This document shows positions 1 to 9,607 of a stretch of 64,000 bases of DNA, one piece after another. How positions within the stretch are numbered: position 1 is the first letter of the stretch; each line of letters begins with the position of its first letter. The position numbers and the translations under genes are program-made. A model generated the notes under the pieces. That model worked only from the letters and a program-made list of their open reading frames with translations, made no database searches and was not told the DNA's origin. This DNA is from an uncultured virus (IMG/VR IMGVR_UViG_3300025751_003710). Its lineage: Duplodnaviria > Heunggongvirae > Uroviricota > Caudoviricetes. The stretch is from IMG/VR virus record IMGVR_UViG_3300025751_003710; one strand, given 5' to 3'.

Positions 1-2544
1 TCTGCTGATATATCAGGTATTACAACTTTTAGGTCAAAAATTCTTCCCAACACAGATGCTTCGAGTGATACAACACTTGGAGCATCAGATAAAGCGATTG
101 GAAAGGCATATGTTGGTGATGTACAAATTGCAGATAATACTGCAAATGTTATTAATACGAGATCTGGTAATTTAGTTTTAGATTCTACTGGTGGTACTGT
201 TAATATACAAGATCAATTAGATGTAGATGAACATGCAACATTTGATAAAGGAATAACAGTTACTGGAGTTTCTACATATACGGGTAATTTATTAGCATCC
301 ACAGATGAAGGTGCTAATATTGGTTCTCCAACAAAAAGATTTAATGAGGGATATTTCTCTAATCTAACTCTTGGTGTTGATGGTGAACATATACTTGGAT
401 CTACAGTAGTTAATCTTGGAATAGGAACTGTTGGAAATATGGTTTCTGTTGGTGGAACATTAACAGTAACTGGAAAATTAACTGCAAATGTAGAAAGTAA
501 TTTAGGTGGTAAAACTGAATTTGGCACTGGTTTAGTTCCAACTTCTGATGTTGGAAGTTATATTGGAACTACTGGAAAGAGATTCTCCGAAGCTCACATT
601 GGAAATATAAAAATTGCTCAAACAGATGACCAAACAATTTCAACTAAATCTGGTGAATTAAAACTCACATCAACAGGTGTTGCTGCAACAACTAGAGTTC
701 TTAATAATTTAACTGTTGATAAAACTTTAACTGTTACTGAATTATCAAAATTTAGTGGAATTGGATCATTTGTTGATGGATTAATACCAACAGCATCAAA
801 GGGAGCTTACTTAGGATTAACTGGTTTTGAGTGGTCGGAAGCTCATGTGGATGATATTACACTTGGTGTTGATTCACCAACAACAATTAATACTATACAA
901 TCAGATTTAGTTTTAGATGCAAATACTAATCTTGTTGTAGTAAATGCTAAACTTTCAGTTGGATCTGGATTAACAGTCAGTGGTGATATTGATGCTGGTC
1001 CACTTTATGTAGATGATACTAATAATCGAATTGGTGTTGGAACAACAGCACCAACAGTAGATTTAGAAGTTTTTGCAGATGGAAATGATTCCACTTTACG
1101 AATCAATTCTTTAGACGATAGTTCATCTCCGATTTTGAGTTTAAAATCTGGATCTAAAGAAGCAGTATTGAAAATGAATGATGATGGTAATAGTGAATTA
1201 CTGATATCAAATACAACTACTGGTCCAATCATAATAAATCTTGAGGATAATACAATTAATGGTATCAATACTGGTAATTTTGTATTGAGACATAAAACAG
1301 ATGATTTGCTGACTGTAACATATGAGGGATCGGTTGGTATTGGAAGTGATATACCTAAAGAAACATTTGATGTTGTTGGTACATCAACTGTTTCTGGTAA
1401 TTCTTTCGTTGGTGGTAATTTAGAAGTTGATGGTGATATTAGTTTTAATGGTACACTTAACTATACTGTCCCAGATGGTGAAAACTTAAGTCTTGGTATT
1501 GTAACAACAGGCAGACTTAGAGTTGGTTCATCAGGTACGTTTACCGCAGAATCTGCAGCATATTTTGAAGATGATATTTTCTTACATGAAAATGCATCTA
1601 TAAGGTCACGTGTAACTGGTGCTGCCGTTTCTATCAGTCAATTAAGAGTTTTAAATGACTCGGAATTCACTGGTGTATCTACATTTAGTGCTGAAATAAA
1701 TGTATTTAATAACTCATCTATTATATTATACAATGATGCAACAGTTGCAGCTGCTACAACCTTTGTATCAATAGAACCAAATAGAATTGGTGTTGAAGAA
1801 CTAGTTGCAACTGAAGTAGATTCTACATTAGTTACTGCTGATAGTATTCAGGTTGGAATCACAACTATTTCCGAATATGTTGATTTAAATGGTGATCTTG
1901 AAGTAAGTGGTATTGTTACCACTACAGGTACTAGAGTTTCTTTGGGTGGAACAATATATGGACCTGATGGTGAATTGTTTATTGGTGGTTCAAACACTGT
2001 TCAACCATTTGTTGGAATTGGAACCACTACAAAAATCAATGCAGTAAATTTATATAATGATAAACTTTCACTCTTAGGAAATTTAATCGTTGGTGTAGGA
2101 ACAACAGCTGTTGATGCTAATAGTGAAACATATAGTGCTCCTCTTGGATCTCCTGTAGATGTTTTAGGTGGTGGATTTAGTATTCTTGATAAAAATATCT
2201 ATACTCAGAATTCAAATATTTTCCTTGATATTGGAACAAAAATAGAATTTAGAAACAACACAAATCATAATGTGAGATCTATACTTGATAGGTATGGACA
2301 TGTGATGCTTGGTATTGGAACAAATAATCCAGCTGGTGCTGTTGATTTTAGATTTGCTGGACATGGTGTTAACGATAGTGCTGTTGGTGCTTATGCTAAT
2401 GAAGTCAGATATATGTTACCACCACAAGTTGATGATGATACAGCAAGAGCAGGATTATCTACTGTTGCTGGAGCGATGATATTTAATGTTGGTGCTGGTA
2501 AACATCAAGCATACGACGGATCTACATGGCATGATCTTTATTGA
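1..2544 (+). CDS. Tail fibre / virion structural protein, 5' truncated by the window
   Basis: Frame 1 is open from base 1 (SADISGITTFRSK...) into the listed 439..2544 ORF. G/T/V-rich beta repeats (RIGVGTT, VGIGS, GIGTNNP) and a C-terminal GAMIFN...YDGSTW end typical of phage fibres. Confidence 0.7.
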   Translation, partial: SADISGITTFRSKILPNTDASSDTTLGASDKAIGKAYVGDVQIADNTANVINTRSGNLVLDSTGGTVNIQDQLDVDEHATFDKGITVTGVSTYTGNLLASTDEGANIGSPTKRFNEGYFSNLTLGVDGEHILGSTVVNLGIGTVGNMVSVGGTLTVTGKLTANVESNLGGKTEFGTGLVPTSDVGSYIGTTGKRFSEAHIGNIKIAQTDDQTISTKSGELKLTSTGVAATTRVLNNLTVDKTLTVTELSKFSGIGSFVDGLIPTASKGAYLGLTGFEWSEAHVDDITLGVDSPTTINTIQSDLVLDANTNLVVVNAKLSVGSGLTVSGDIDAGPLYVDDTNNRIGVGTTAPTVDLEVFADGNDSTLRINSLDDSSSPILSLKSGSKEAVLKMNDDGNSELLISNTTTGPIIINLEDNTINGINTGNFVLRHKTDDLLTVTYEGSVGIGSDIPKETFDVVGTSTVSGNSFVGGNLEVDGDISFNGTLNYTVPDGENLSLGIVTTGRLRVGSSGTFTAESAAYFEDDIFLHENASIRSRVTGAAVSISQLRVLNDSEFTGVSTFSAEINVFNNSSIILYNDATVAAATTFVSIEPNRIGVEELVATEVDSTLVTADSIQVGITTISEYVDLNGDLEVSGIVTTTGTRVSLGGTIYGPDGELFIGGSNTVQPFVGIGTTTKINAVNLYNDKLSLLGNLIVGVGTTAVDANSETYSAPLGSPVDVLGGGFSILDKNIYTQNSNIFLDIGTKIEFRNNTNHNVRSILDRYGHVMLGIGTNNPAGAVDFRFAGHGVNDSAVGAYANEVRYMLPPQVDDDTARAGLSTVAGAMIFNVGAGKHQAYDGSTWHDLY

Positions 2545-2553
2545 TAAAGGGGC

Positions 2554-2582
2554 TTGACAAGGTGCTCTACCGTTGCTAGAGT
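2554..2582 (+). promoter_or_regulatory. sigma70-like promoter upstream of the nuclease-helicase operon
   Basis: TTGACA-17 nt-TAGAGT with TG extension. A second extended -10 (TGcTATGAT) lies at 2658-2666. Confidence 0.55.
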
Positions 2583-2697
2583 GCCTTTGTTAAGGTTAAA
2601 GAGAAAGCTTTAGCTTTAATTAAATTCTTAAAGGGAGACCGTTTGGTTTCCCTTTTCTGCTATGATAACCCTATTCTGAGTTCCTAGAAGACTCCCA

Positions 2698-4857
2698 ATG
2701 GCAACGAACATTTATTTTATTGGTCAAAAAGATAAACCTAACTGGTTTGGTGTTGGTGAGACTAAAGGTCCTCTGATGATTGAGGAGTATGGTATTCCTC
2801 GTCGTGGTTCTGATTACAACAAGTCAAGAGATGCTTGTGTTGTCTATACTGAAATATCTTTTTGGAAAAACGTTTCAACTCGTAATGATATTGATGTAAA
2901 GCATGACAAAATAATTCATGATTGGTTGGAAACTATTCCTGGTATTACCAAAGTAGGCACAGAATCATTTATAATTAACGCATATGGTTTGGGTATTGGT
3001 CTGACCCATGAAAAGATTGCTTATATGATTGAGCAGGAGTTTTTCCCCAAAACACCTAAGACCAAGAAAGATCTGACTCTCAAAAAGCATCAGCAAGAGT
3101 TTGTCAATAAAATCCTCTCTACTTGGGAAGAGTGGAAAGAGTTTCTGCTGTTTGCTAAGTGCCGTGCTGGTAAATCCATTATGGTTCTGTCAGCAATCGC
3201 ACGAAAAGGTGTCAAGGTAAGTCTGATTGTTTCTCGCTACACTTCTCCCATCCAATCTTGGAAGGAAGATAGTAAAAACTTTTCAGAGTACAACGATCTC
3301 GTATTCATCAACCTTGCAGATAAAGACTATCTGGATCAGATTGAATATTGGTACAATACTGACAAACAACTTGTCCTGTGGACCACGGTTCAGGGTAACA
3401 ATCGCTGGAACAAGATTCCATGTGATGTAGATCTGATCGTCTATGATGAGGCACACCAAGGTTACAATTCAACTCAATTTAAGAAACTCCGTAAGAAGTT
3501 TGATTGTCAGGTTCTGTATGTAACTGGCACTGCTTTTGATATAGTTTGGGACTTTTCAGAGTCCAATTCTTTCAAGTACTCTTACTTTGAAGAGCAACTG
3601 GATAAGAAACTGGGTTTGAACAATGCCCCTTCCATGAGAGTTATTCTTGCAAAGTACGATACTGATGCATACAAGAAACTGTATGGAGATGATCCAGATG
3701 CAATGAAGAACCTCTTCTGTATGAATGAAGATGGGTCTGATTTCGTGCAACCTTCTTTGGTTCAAGATTTTTATGCAACTTATTTTGCAGATCAGAAACA
3801 TTTGAAACCGAATGATCGTCTTCTTAATGGTAAGTTCCACATCTATATGACACTTCCTTCGGTAGCAGCATGTCATTCTTCGGTTAAGTATTTGGAGAAG
3901 ACTAAGTTTGCCCCTCTGGTTGTAACTGGAGATACGAAAGAAGATTCTGACACAATTAGAAAGCACGTTGTAGAAAACGAATACACCATTATTCTGACTG
4001 TTTCTGCTAATGTTCTTGGTGTTACTATTCCTGAAATTGATACTGTTATCAATGCTAGCGAAGGTGAATCCATCAACTTTTGGACTCAATTTGCTTTCCG
4101 TGGTGGATCATCTGATCGTGATTGGGATGTAATCGATTTCTGCCCTCAGCGATGCCTTAAAACCCTTCGTGAGATTTTTATTGCTGCGTGTGAAAACAAT
4201 CCAATGATTGCAGAGTACATTATGCTCGATTTCATTCCTATCATTGAGTGGTCGAATGGTTTTGAGACTATGACTCAAGATCAGGTCGCTTCTATTCTTG
4301 CTTCCGATGTCACTAACACCATCTCTCTGATTTCTAACATCGTGAACAGCATGGATATGGGCAAACTTGCAAATTGCCAATTCAATTTGTCTCTCCTTTC
4401 TAAGGAAAAGAACAATGGTAGTAAGCGAGAGGTGAATGACAATGGTGCTAACGGTAAAGGAAATATCCAACGTGACGATGAATGTTCCGAAAAGCAAGAT
4501 AACTCAATTATTCTTACTAAAAAGGAAACCATTCGTGCAATCTTGGGGAGAGTTCCTCTTGCAATCTATCACTGCATTAAGAGTGGTGTTGTTCCAAACA
4601 GCATTCACAGTCTGATCAACTCAGATCACTACATTTATAATACTCTTGATACAGAAAAAATCATTGAGCAACTGATTTTCGAAGAAGTTATTGATGCAAA
4701 GTCATTCTCTTTTCGAATTAATCAAGTAGTCATTGATATTCAACACTCTATCAATATTGATGAGTGTAAGACACTTGAGAAACTGTCCTGCTCTCGTCAG
4801 AATCAGCAGTCGATGCCTGTAGAATTGGTAGAATCTCTGTTGGATATCTCCCTGTGA
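2698..4857 (+). CDS. GIY-YIG/T5orf172-like nuclease fused to an SF2 (DExH) helicase; restriction-subunit-like
   Basis: N-terminal IYFI..FGVGET..R..D.IIH.WL..GTESF; Q-motif LKKHQQE; Walker A AKCRAGKS; YDEAH; VTGTA; GVTIPEIDTVI; WTQFAFRG. Confidence 0.7.
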   Translation: MATNIYFIGQKDKPNWFGVGETKGPLMIEEYGIPRRGSDYNKSRDACVVYTEISFWKNVSTRNDIDVKHDKIIHDWLETIPGITKVGTESFIINAYGLGIGLTHEKIAYMIEQEFFPKTPKTKKDLTLKKHQQEFVNKILSTWEEWKEFLLFAKCRAGKSIMVLSAIARKGVKVSLIVSRYTSPIQSWKEDSKNFSEYNDLVFINLADKDYLDQIEYWYNTDKQLVLWTTVQGNNRWNKIPCDVDLIVYDEAHQGYNSTQFKKLRKKFDCQVLYVTGTAFDIVWDFSESNSFKYSYFEEQLDKKLGLNNAPSMRVILAKYDTDAYKKLYGDDPDAMKNLFCMNEDGSDFVQPSLVQDFYATYFADQKHLKPNDRLLNGKFHIYMTLPSVAACHSSVKYLEKTKFAPLVVTGDTKEDSDTIRKHVVENEYTIILTVSANVLGVTIPEIDTVINASEGESINFWTQFAFRGGSSDRDWDVIDFCPQRCLKTLREIFIAACENNPMIAEYIMLDFIPIIEWSNGFETMTQDQVASILASDVTNTISLISNIVNSMDMGKLANCQFNLSLLSKEKNNGSKREVNDNGANGKGNIQRDDECSEKQDNSIILTKKETIRAILGRVPLAIYHCIKSGVVPNSIHSLINSDHYIYNTLDTEKIIEQLIFEEVIDAKSFSFRINQVVIDIQHSINIDECKTLEKLSCSRQNQQSMPVELVESLLDISL

Positions 4858-5813
4858 ATCCTCTTCTTATTGTAGGTGATCCTTCTGGTTTACACTCCCT
4901 TACTGCTATGAAGAGGGGGTGGAAACCAGAAAATATTTGGGTTTGGGAGAATGATCCAACACATTTTTACACAATTAAACAACAACATGCTAAAATAAAT
5001 CTAGTAGAGGATTTTGGGGAGTTAAAGTATATGAATAAGAGATTTATTTCCATTGGCAATCCCCCATTTTCAGACCGATCAAAAACAAATAGTTCGAAAT
5101 CTCCCGATCTAGACTCTTTGTTTGTATTGGAATGTATGGAAATAAGTTGTTATATCAAAATGATCATTAGATCAAAGCATTTTACAAATCCAAAATCTAA
5201 CTTTAGAAAAAAATTATTTTCTAGTGGGCATGTAAAATCAATTATTAGAGTTGATGATAGTGCATTTCCAATTCAAAATACAGAAACTTGTATCTTAGAA
5301 TGGGATGAAACCTATACTGGACCCACAAAAATTAAATATAAAAACGGTGAAATTTTTGAAAAATATCTTGATAAAGATACTGTTATCAAACTAGATAATC
5401 CAGATTTTGTTGCAGAGGTTGAAAACAATCTTGCACACAGGTGGGTTAGGGGAAAATTGAATAGAAATAAAATTGTTCCTGGAAATTCTCCTATGGTAGA
5501 GGTTTGTGGTACAGGAGAAACACCAGTAATTCAAAATATTGAACCTGGATTGGAAGAAACCGCTAGAAATGTTCATGGTGTAGTGATCAACGTTGCTGCT
5601 GACTGGGGATCTTTAGGTAAAGTTATGATAAAACCATATGAAGCATCTATCAGTAGCAGTGTAATGTGCCTCAAAACAGATTCTGAGGAAGAATCTATTC
5701 AACTCCGCGATTACTTACTTTCTGATAAAATATCAGAAATTGTGAAATTGAATATGCCATCGTTTCACCCGACCAAAGACCTTTTTAAGAAAATTAAAGA
5801 CCCTTTTAAATGA
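4854..5813 (+). CDS. Amino-methyltransferase catalytic/specificity protein (Eco57I-like), paralog 1
   Basis: Motif IV IGNPPF, a DLDSLFV motif V-like segment and a long C-terminal putative target-recognition region. GTGA overlap with the helicase stop codon. Confidence 0.65.
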   Translation: MNPLLIVGDPSGLHSLTAMKRGWKPENIWVWENDPTHFYTIKQQHAKINLVEDFGELKYMNKRFISIGNPPFSDRSKTNSSKSPDLDSLFVLECMEISCYIKMIIRSKHFTNPKSNFRKKLFSSGHVKSIIRVDDSAFPIQNTETCILEWDETYTGPTKIKYKNGEIFEKYLDKDTVIKLDNPDFVAEVENNLAHRWVRGKLNRNKIVPGNSPMVEVCGTGETPVIQNIEPGLEETARNVHGVVINVAADWGSLGKVMIKPYEASISSSVMCLKTDSEEESIQLRDYLLSDKISEIVKLNMPSFHPTKDLFKKIKDPFK

Positions 5814-5958
5814 ATCTTCTCCTTATTGTTGGTGATCCTTCTGGTTTGCACTCTCTTTCTGCATTGAAAGATGGATGGAAACCTGAAAATATTTGGGTTT
5901 GGGAAGACAATCCTGCACACATCTATGCAATTCGACAACAACATGCTAAAATAAATGT
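4855..5958 (+). repeat. ~150-bp imperfect direct repeat (4855-~5005 and 5811-~5958)
   Basis: Shared blocks ggtgatccttctggttt, gaaaatatttgggtttggga and caacaacatgctaaaataaat. Confidence 0.9.
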
Positions 5959-6562
5959 AACGGAAGATCTAGATCATCTTATTCAACAAAAAATGCGTTT
6001 TACATTAGCAATCGGCAATCCTCCATATGGGGTTGGTGCAAATCTAGCAATCAAGTTTCTGAATAAAACTTCAGAACTTACTGATGATATTCGATTTGTG
6101 CTGCCAACTTCTGTTCGTAAACCATCTTCTCTGAATAAGATATCTTTTAATCTACATTGTGTTGTGGATCAAGATCTCGATGCTTCTACTTTTCCTGGTG
6201 GTATTAGTGCAGTAAAACAACACTGGGTTGTAAAGGAAGAAAAGCGTGAAAAGATTTTCATGCACAAATCACACCCAGATTTTGAATTTCTTTCATATGA
6301 AAAGCGATTCGATGCTGATGTTTTCATTGGTGAATATGGATGTGGACCTAGTGGGCGAGTAAAAACTGAAAATTTCACTCACTATGCGAAAGGGCATCAT
6401 TTTATTAAGGTTCATAATCAGAAGGTGATTGAAAACTTTCTAGAATTTGCTCCTAGATTTAGAGAAGTTGCAAATCAATGTAATGGAAGATATCATTTTG
6501 GTAAGAATGATCTTATTTCAACGTACATAGAGTGTTTAGAGGAAAAGAATGAGCAAAAATAA
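5810..6562 (+). CDS. Amino-methyltransferase catalytic/specificity protein, paralog 2
   Basis: Motif IV IGNPPY, then LAIKFL and FVLP. First ~50 aa are highly similar to those of 4854..5813. Confidence 0.7.
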   Translation: MNLLLIVGDPSGLHSLSALKDGWKPENIWVWEDNPAHIYAIRQQHAKINVTEDLDHLIQQKMRFTLAIGNPPYGVGANLAIKFLNKTSELTDDIRFVLPTSVRKPSSLNKISFNLHCVVDQDLDASTFPGGISAVKQHWVVKEEKREKIFMHKSHPDFEFLSYEKRFDADVFIGEYGCGPSGRVKTENFTHYAKGHHFIKVHNQKVIENFLEFAPRFREVANQCNGRYHFGKNDLISTYIECLEEKNEQK

Positions 6563-7025
6563 ACATAATCAAGATGTTGGATCTACAATCGAAAGATCTG
6601 ATGAACGTATTGCAGAAACTCAAGAGGTATTCACTCCAGCAGAACTATGCGAATCTATGGTTTCTGAGATTGAAGAAGAGTTATTGAAAGATCCTTCCTC
6701 TACTTTTCTTGATAACTCTGCTGGTTGTGGTAATTTTATTGTTGCTCTAATCAATAAACTCTCAGAATATCACGATCGCCATTATGTAATTGATAATATG
6801 GTTTATGCTGTTGAGTTGATGGAAGACAATCATAAAGAAATGTGTGAGAGAGTTGGTGTTCCTATTGACCATCCACATTATGTGTGCCATGATGCTCTCA
6901 CCTATGATTATGGGTTTGGTGAACCAGTTGCATTGGAAGATCAATTAGGAATAATTCCTCAAGCAAAGGGAGAAAAACCAAAACCTCCTAGTAAAGATCC
7001 TAGTGAGGCACGACTGCCTTTGTAA
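6549..7025 (+). CDS. DNA methyltransferase N-terminal (SAM-binding) module lacking motif IV
   Basis: QEVFTP (motif X), FLDNSAGCGNF (motif I), VYAVEL (motif II), CHDAL (motif III); no NPPY/DPPY. Confidence 0.7.
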   Translation: MSKNKHNQDVGSTIERSDERIAETQEVFTPAELCESMVSEIEEELLKDPSSTFLDNSAGCGNFIVALINKLSEYHDRHYVIDNMVYAVELMEDNHKEMCERVGVPIDHPHYVCHDALTYDYGFGEPVALEDQLGIIPQAKGEKPKPPSKDPSEARLPL

Positions 7026-7080
7026 AACCAGTTTATAGACCGTTCACTGGGTTTCCTGGTGGGCGGTTTTCTGCTATAAT
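7025..7080 (+). promoter_or_regulatory. Dyad-motif early promoter, copy 1 (degenerate)
   Basis: aaacca-N10-cgttca, 28 nt, then TATAAT with TG extension. Confidence 0.5.
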
Positions 7081-7106
7081 ATATCCATACTGAACAGGAC
7101 ACACAC

Positions 7107-8291
7107 TTGACCATCACACTTCGACCACACCAGCATGAAGCAGTTAATGCGATGTGGCAGAACAACAAAGGTCAGGTGATCATTCCTACGGGTGGTGGCA
7201 AGACTATTTGCATGATCGATGATGCCATTACTAATATGGAAGTCAGGCATCATGGGCAAACTTTTGTTGTTGTTGCTCCTCGGATTCTTCTTGCAGAACA
7301 ACTCTGTAAAGAGTTTCTTGAGATGGTTTCACCCGCCCACAATGCCCATGTGATGCACGTTCACAGTGGTGATGTTGAGTTTTTCCACACCACCAAACCC
7401 GAGAAGATTCATCTTTTTGCAAACACTGCACGAACTGCTGGTGAGAATGTAATCATCTTCACTACATATCACTCCCTTCATAAAGTTCAGGAGGCAGACA
7501 TTGAAGTCAATACGATTTACTTTGATGAAGCGCATAATTCTGTGCAGAGAAACTTTTTCCCTGCTACGGAACACTTTGCTTCTGAGTCTGATCGGTGTTA
7601 TTTCTTCACTGCTACTCCTAAGCATTCTGTTACTGTTTTCAAACCAGGGATGAATGATGTTGAGATTTATGGGCAGGTTATTTGCAATGTTCCTGCACCT
7701 AAATTGGTTGAAGAGGGTTACATTCTTCCTCCGAAAGTTGTGGTTCAAGAACTTCCTCAGGGTGATCTGAAGCAATCTGATGACAAGAATCTGCTGGATA
7801 CTATTGATGCAAATTCTCTGAACAAGATTTTGATTGCTGCACGTTCTACCAAGCAAATTGTTCGCCTTATCCAAGAGACTACCTTCTGCTCCGAACTTGC
7901 TGGGCGTGGTTATTCTTGGATGGTGATTACTTCCAAGACTGGTGCAATCATTGACGGTAAGAAAGTTACTCGTGAAGAGTTTTTCAAAACTTTGAACACT
8001 TGGGGAAAAGATTCTGAGAAAAAGTTTGTTGTGATTCACCACTCTATCCTTTCTGAGGGTATGAACGTCAAGGGATTGGAAGCGGTGCTGTTCATGCGGA
8101 ACATGGACTACATCGGAATCTCCCAATCAATCGGGCGTGTGATCCGCCTAGGAGGCGCTGAGAAGACGTTTGGATTGGTTTGTGTGCCTGTGTTTGATAA
8201 GGTTGGTATCAGCACTGCTAGGAGCGTTCAGGCGGTTGTGGATACCGTGTTCCAGCAGGGAGAGCCAGCGATTTCCGTTGTGCGGCGCTGA
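7107..8291 (+). CDS. SF2 DExH-box helicase (ResIII-like)
   Basis: LRPHQ, PTGGGKT, DEAH, TAT, LSEGMNV, QSIGRVIR. Confidence 0.9.
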   Translation: MTITLRPHQHEAVNAMWQNNKGQVIIPTGGGKTICMIDDAITNMEVRHHGQTFVVVAPRILLAEQLCKEFLEMVSPAHNAHVMHVHSGDVEFFHTTKPEKIHLFANTARTAGENVIIFTTYHSLHKVQEADIEVNTIYFDEAHNSVQRNFFPATEHFASESDRCYFFTATPKHSVTVFKPGMNDVEIYGQVICNVPAPKLVEEGYILPPKVVVQELPQGDLKQSDDKNLLDTIDANSLNKILIAARSTKQIVRLIQETTFCSELAGRGYSWMVITSKTGAIIDGKKVTREEFFKTLNTWGKDSEKKFVVIHHSILSEGMNVKGLEAVLFMRNMDYIGISQSIGRVIRLGGAEKTFGLVCVPVFDKVGISTARSVQAVVDTVFQQGEPAISVVRR

Positions 8292-8335
8292 TACTGTCCA
8301 CCAGGAGCAGAATCTCTGCTCCTCTCTGCTATAAT
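8279..8335 (+). promoter_or_regulatory. Dyad-motif early promoter, copy 2, with internal hairpin
   Basis: tgtgcg-N10-tgtcca, hairpin aggagcag/ctgctcct, TGcTATAAT. Confidence 0.55.
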
Positions 8336-8358
8336 ACTAAAGTAATCAAAAGTTAATC

Positions 8359-8499
8359 ATGAACTTCATTGTTGAGTTGTACGTTGCTGGACGTGTGTTT
8401 AAGGAAGAAGTGTATGCAGCAAATGCACAAGATGCTCGTCAAACTGCAATTGCTCGTAATCCTACGGCAAAAGTTATTGGAGTTAATGTTAAATTCTGA
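8359..8499 (+). CDS. Small hypothetical protein (46 aa, MNFIVELYVAG...)
   Basis: Manually translated ORF directly downstream of a promoter. Confidence 0.7.
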   Translation: MNFIVELYVAGRVFKEEVYAANAQDARQTAIARNPTAKVIGVNVKF

Positions 8500-8504
8500 T
8501 TTTA

Positions 8505-8750
8505 ATGAGTAATAAATTTTTAAAGCCTTTTATTCCAAATCCCAAAATTCTTGATCCAAAAGTGGGAGATCCTCTTGGTTATGTAACAAATGATGGACTT
8601 TGGGCATCAATTCCTTATGGAAAAAAGTATATGGTTATACATAATGGAAACCAGGACCGTATTTTTAACACTTATAAACAATCTGTCGACTATATCAAAA
8701 AATCCATTAAGATGTCTAAAAAGAAAGGTCCAATAGACAATTTTTTCTAA
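8505..8750 (+). CDS. Hypothetical protein
   Basis: Tightly packed ORF. Confidence 0.7.
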   Translation: MSNKFLKPFIPNPKILDPKVGDPLGYVTNDGLWASIPYGKKYMVIHNGNQDRIFNTYKQSVDYIKKSIKMSKKKGPIDNFF

Positions 8751-8751
8751 A

Positions 8752-9018
8752 ATGATAAATGTTTCACCCCCCTTTGCAATTTGGTTTGTTCTTTTTGCTC
8801 TTGTTGGATATTTTATTGTAACAGATCCATCTGTAGCTAAAGCATTCTATTATGTACTTGAATTGCTACAAGCAAAATACAGAAAAACTATGTGGTGGTT
8901 GATTCATAATCCCAGCAATCCTATTGTTAAATGGATGATATATCGTAAAAATTTGAAACTTGCAAAAGAATTACGTGCAAAGATTGATAAGAAATTAGCG
9001 GAAAATGAAATTCGGTAA
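8752..9018 (+). CDS. Hypothetical membrane protein
   Basis: N-terminal hydrophobic helix (FAIWFVLFALVGYFIV). Confidence 0.7.
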   Translation: MINVSPPFAIWFVLFALVGYFIVTDPSVAKAFYYVLELLQAKYRKTMWWLIHNPSNPIVKWMIYRKNLKLAKELRAKIDKKLAENEIR

Positions 9019-9607
9019 AAAATTGATATTTGATAATAATTTTATCGTTTCTCAAGGTAATATTTTAACAAAAGATCAATGTAATGATATTATTGAATAT
9101 TTTGAGAAAAAATATCCTTTACAGATAGATTCAAATTATGAATATTGTGATTTGAATCTGATAGATGAATATTCAAAATATATTGTGTTTGGAAAATATC
9201 ATTTGAGTGATATTAATATTGAACCAGAAATTAGATCTATAATTAATTCTTTAAATGTAACAGAAAAAAAATATTTTGATACCTTTCCAGATATTTCTTC
9301 TTTATTTGAGGGATATGGTGGAGAACTAAGATTATTTTCATTTCGGTTTAAAAAATTTAAACCTGGAAATTCCTTTAACGCATGGCATTCCGAGTATAAT
9401 TTGAGTAGAAAGAATATTATTTTATCTTCTATCATTTATCTATCAGATAATATGTCTTCCACTGAGTTCTATAGATATGGTAATATTAAATCTGATTGTG
9501 GAACTGTTGCAATGTTTCCATCATTTTTTACACATGTCCATAGAGGAAATTCTTGTAAACTGGAACGAACTAGATACATAATTAGTGCATATTATTATCT
9601 TGTATGA
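9005..9607 (+). CDS. 2OG-Fe(II) oxygenase superfamily protein
   Basis: WHSE..., IIYL, FPS..THVHRG, RYIIS. Confidence 0.75.
   Translation: MKFGKKLIFDNNFIVSQGNILTKDQCNDIIEYFEKKYPLQIDSNYEYCDLNLIDEYSKYIVFGKYHLSDINIEPEIRSIINSLNVTEKKYFDTFPDISSLFEGYGGELRLFSFRFKKFKPGNSFNAWHSEYNLSRKNIILSSIIYLSDNMSSTEFYRYGNIKSDCGTVAMFPSFFTHVHRGNSCKLERTRYIISAYYYLV

Noticed and set aside
7329..8126. 265-aa antisense ORF within the helicase (and similar antisense ORFs in structural genes)
   Set aside because: Fully overlaps a motif-rich gene; codon-bias artefact.
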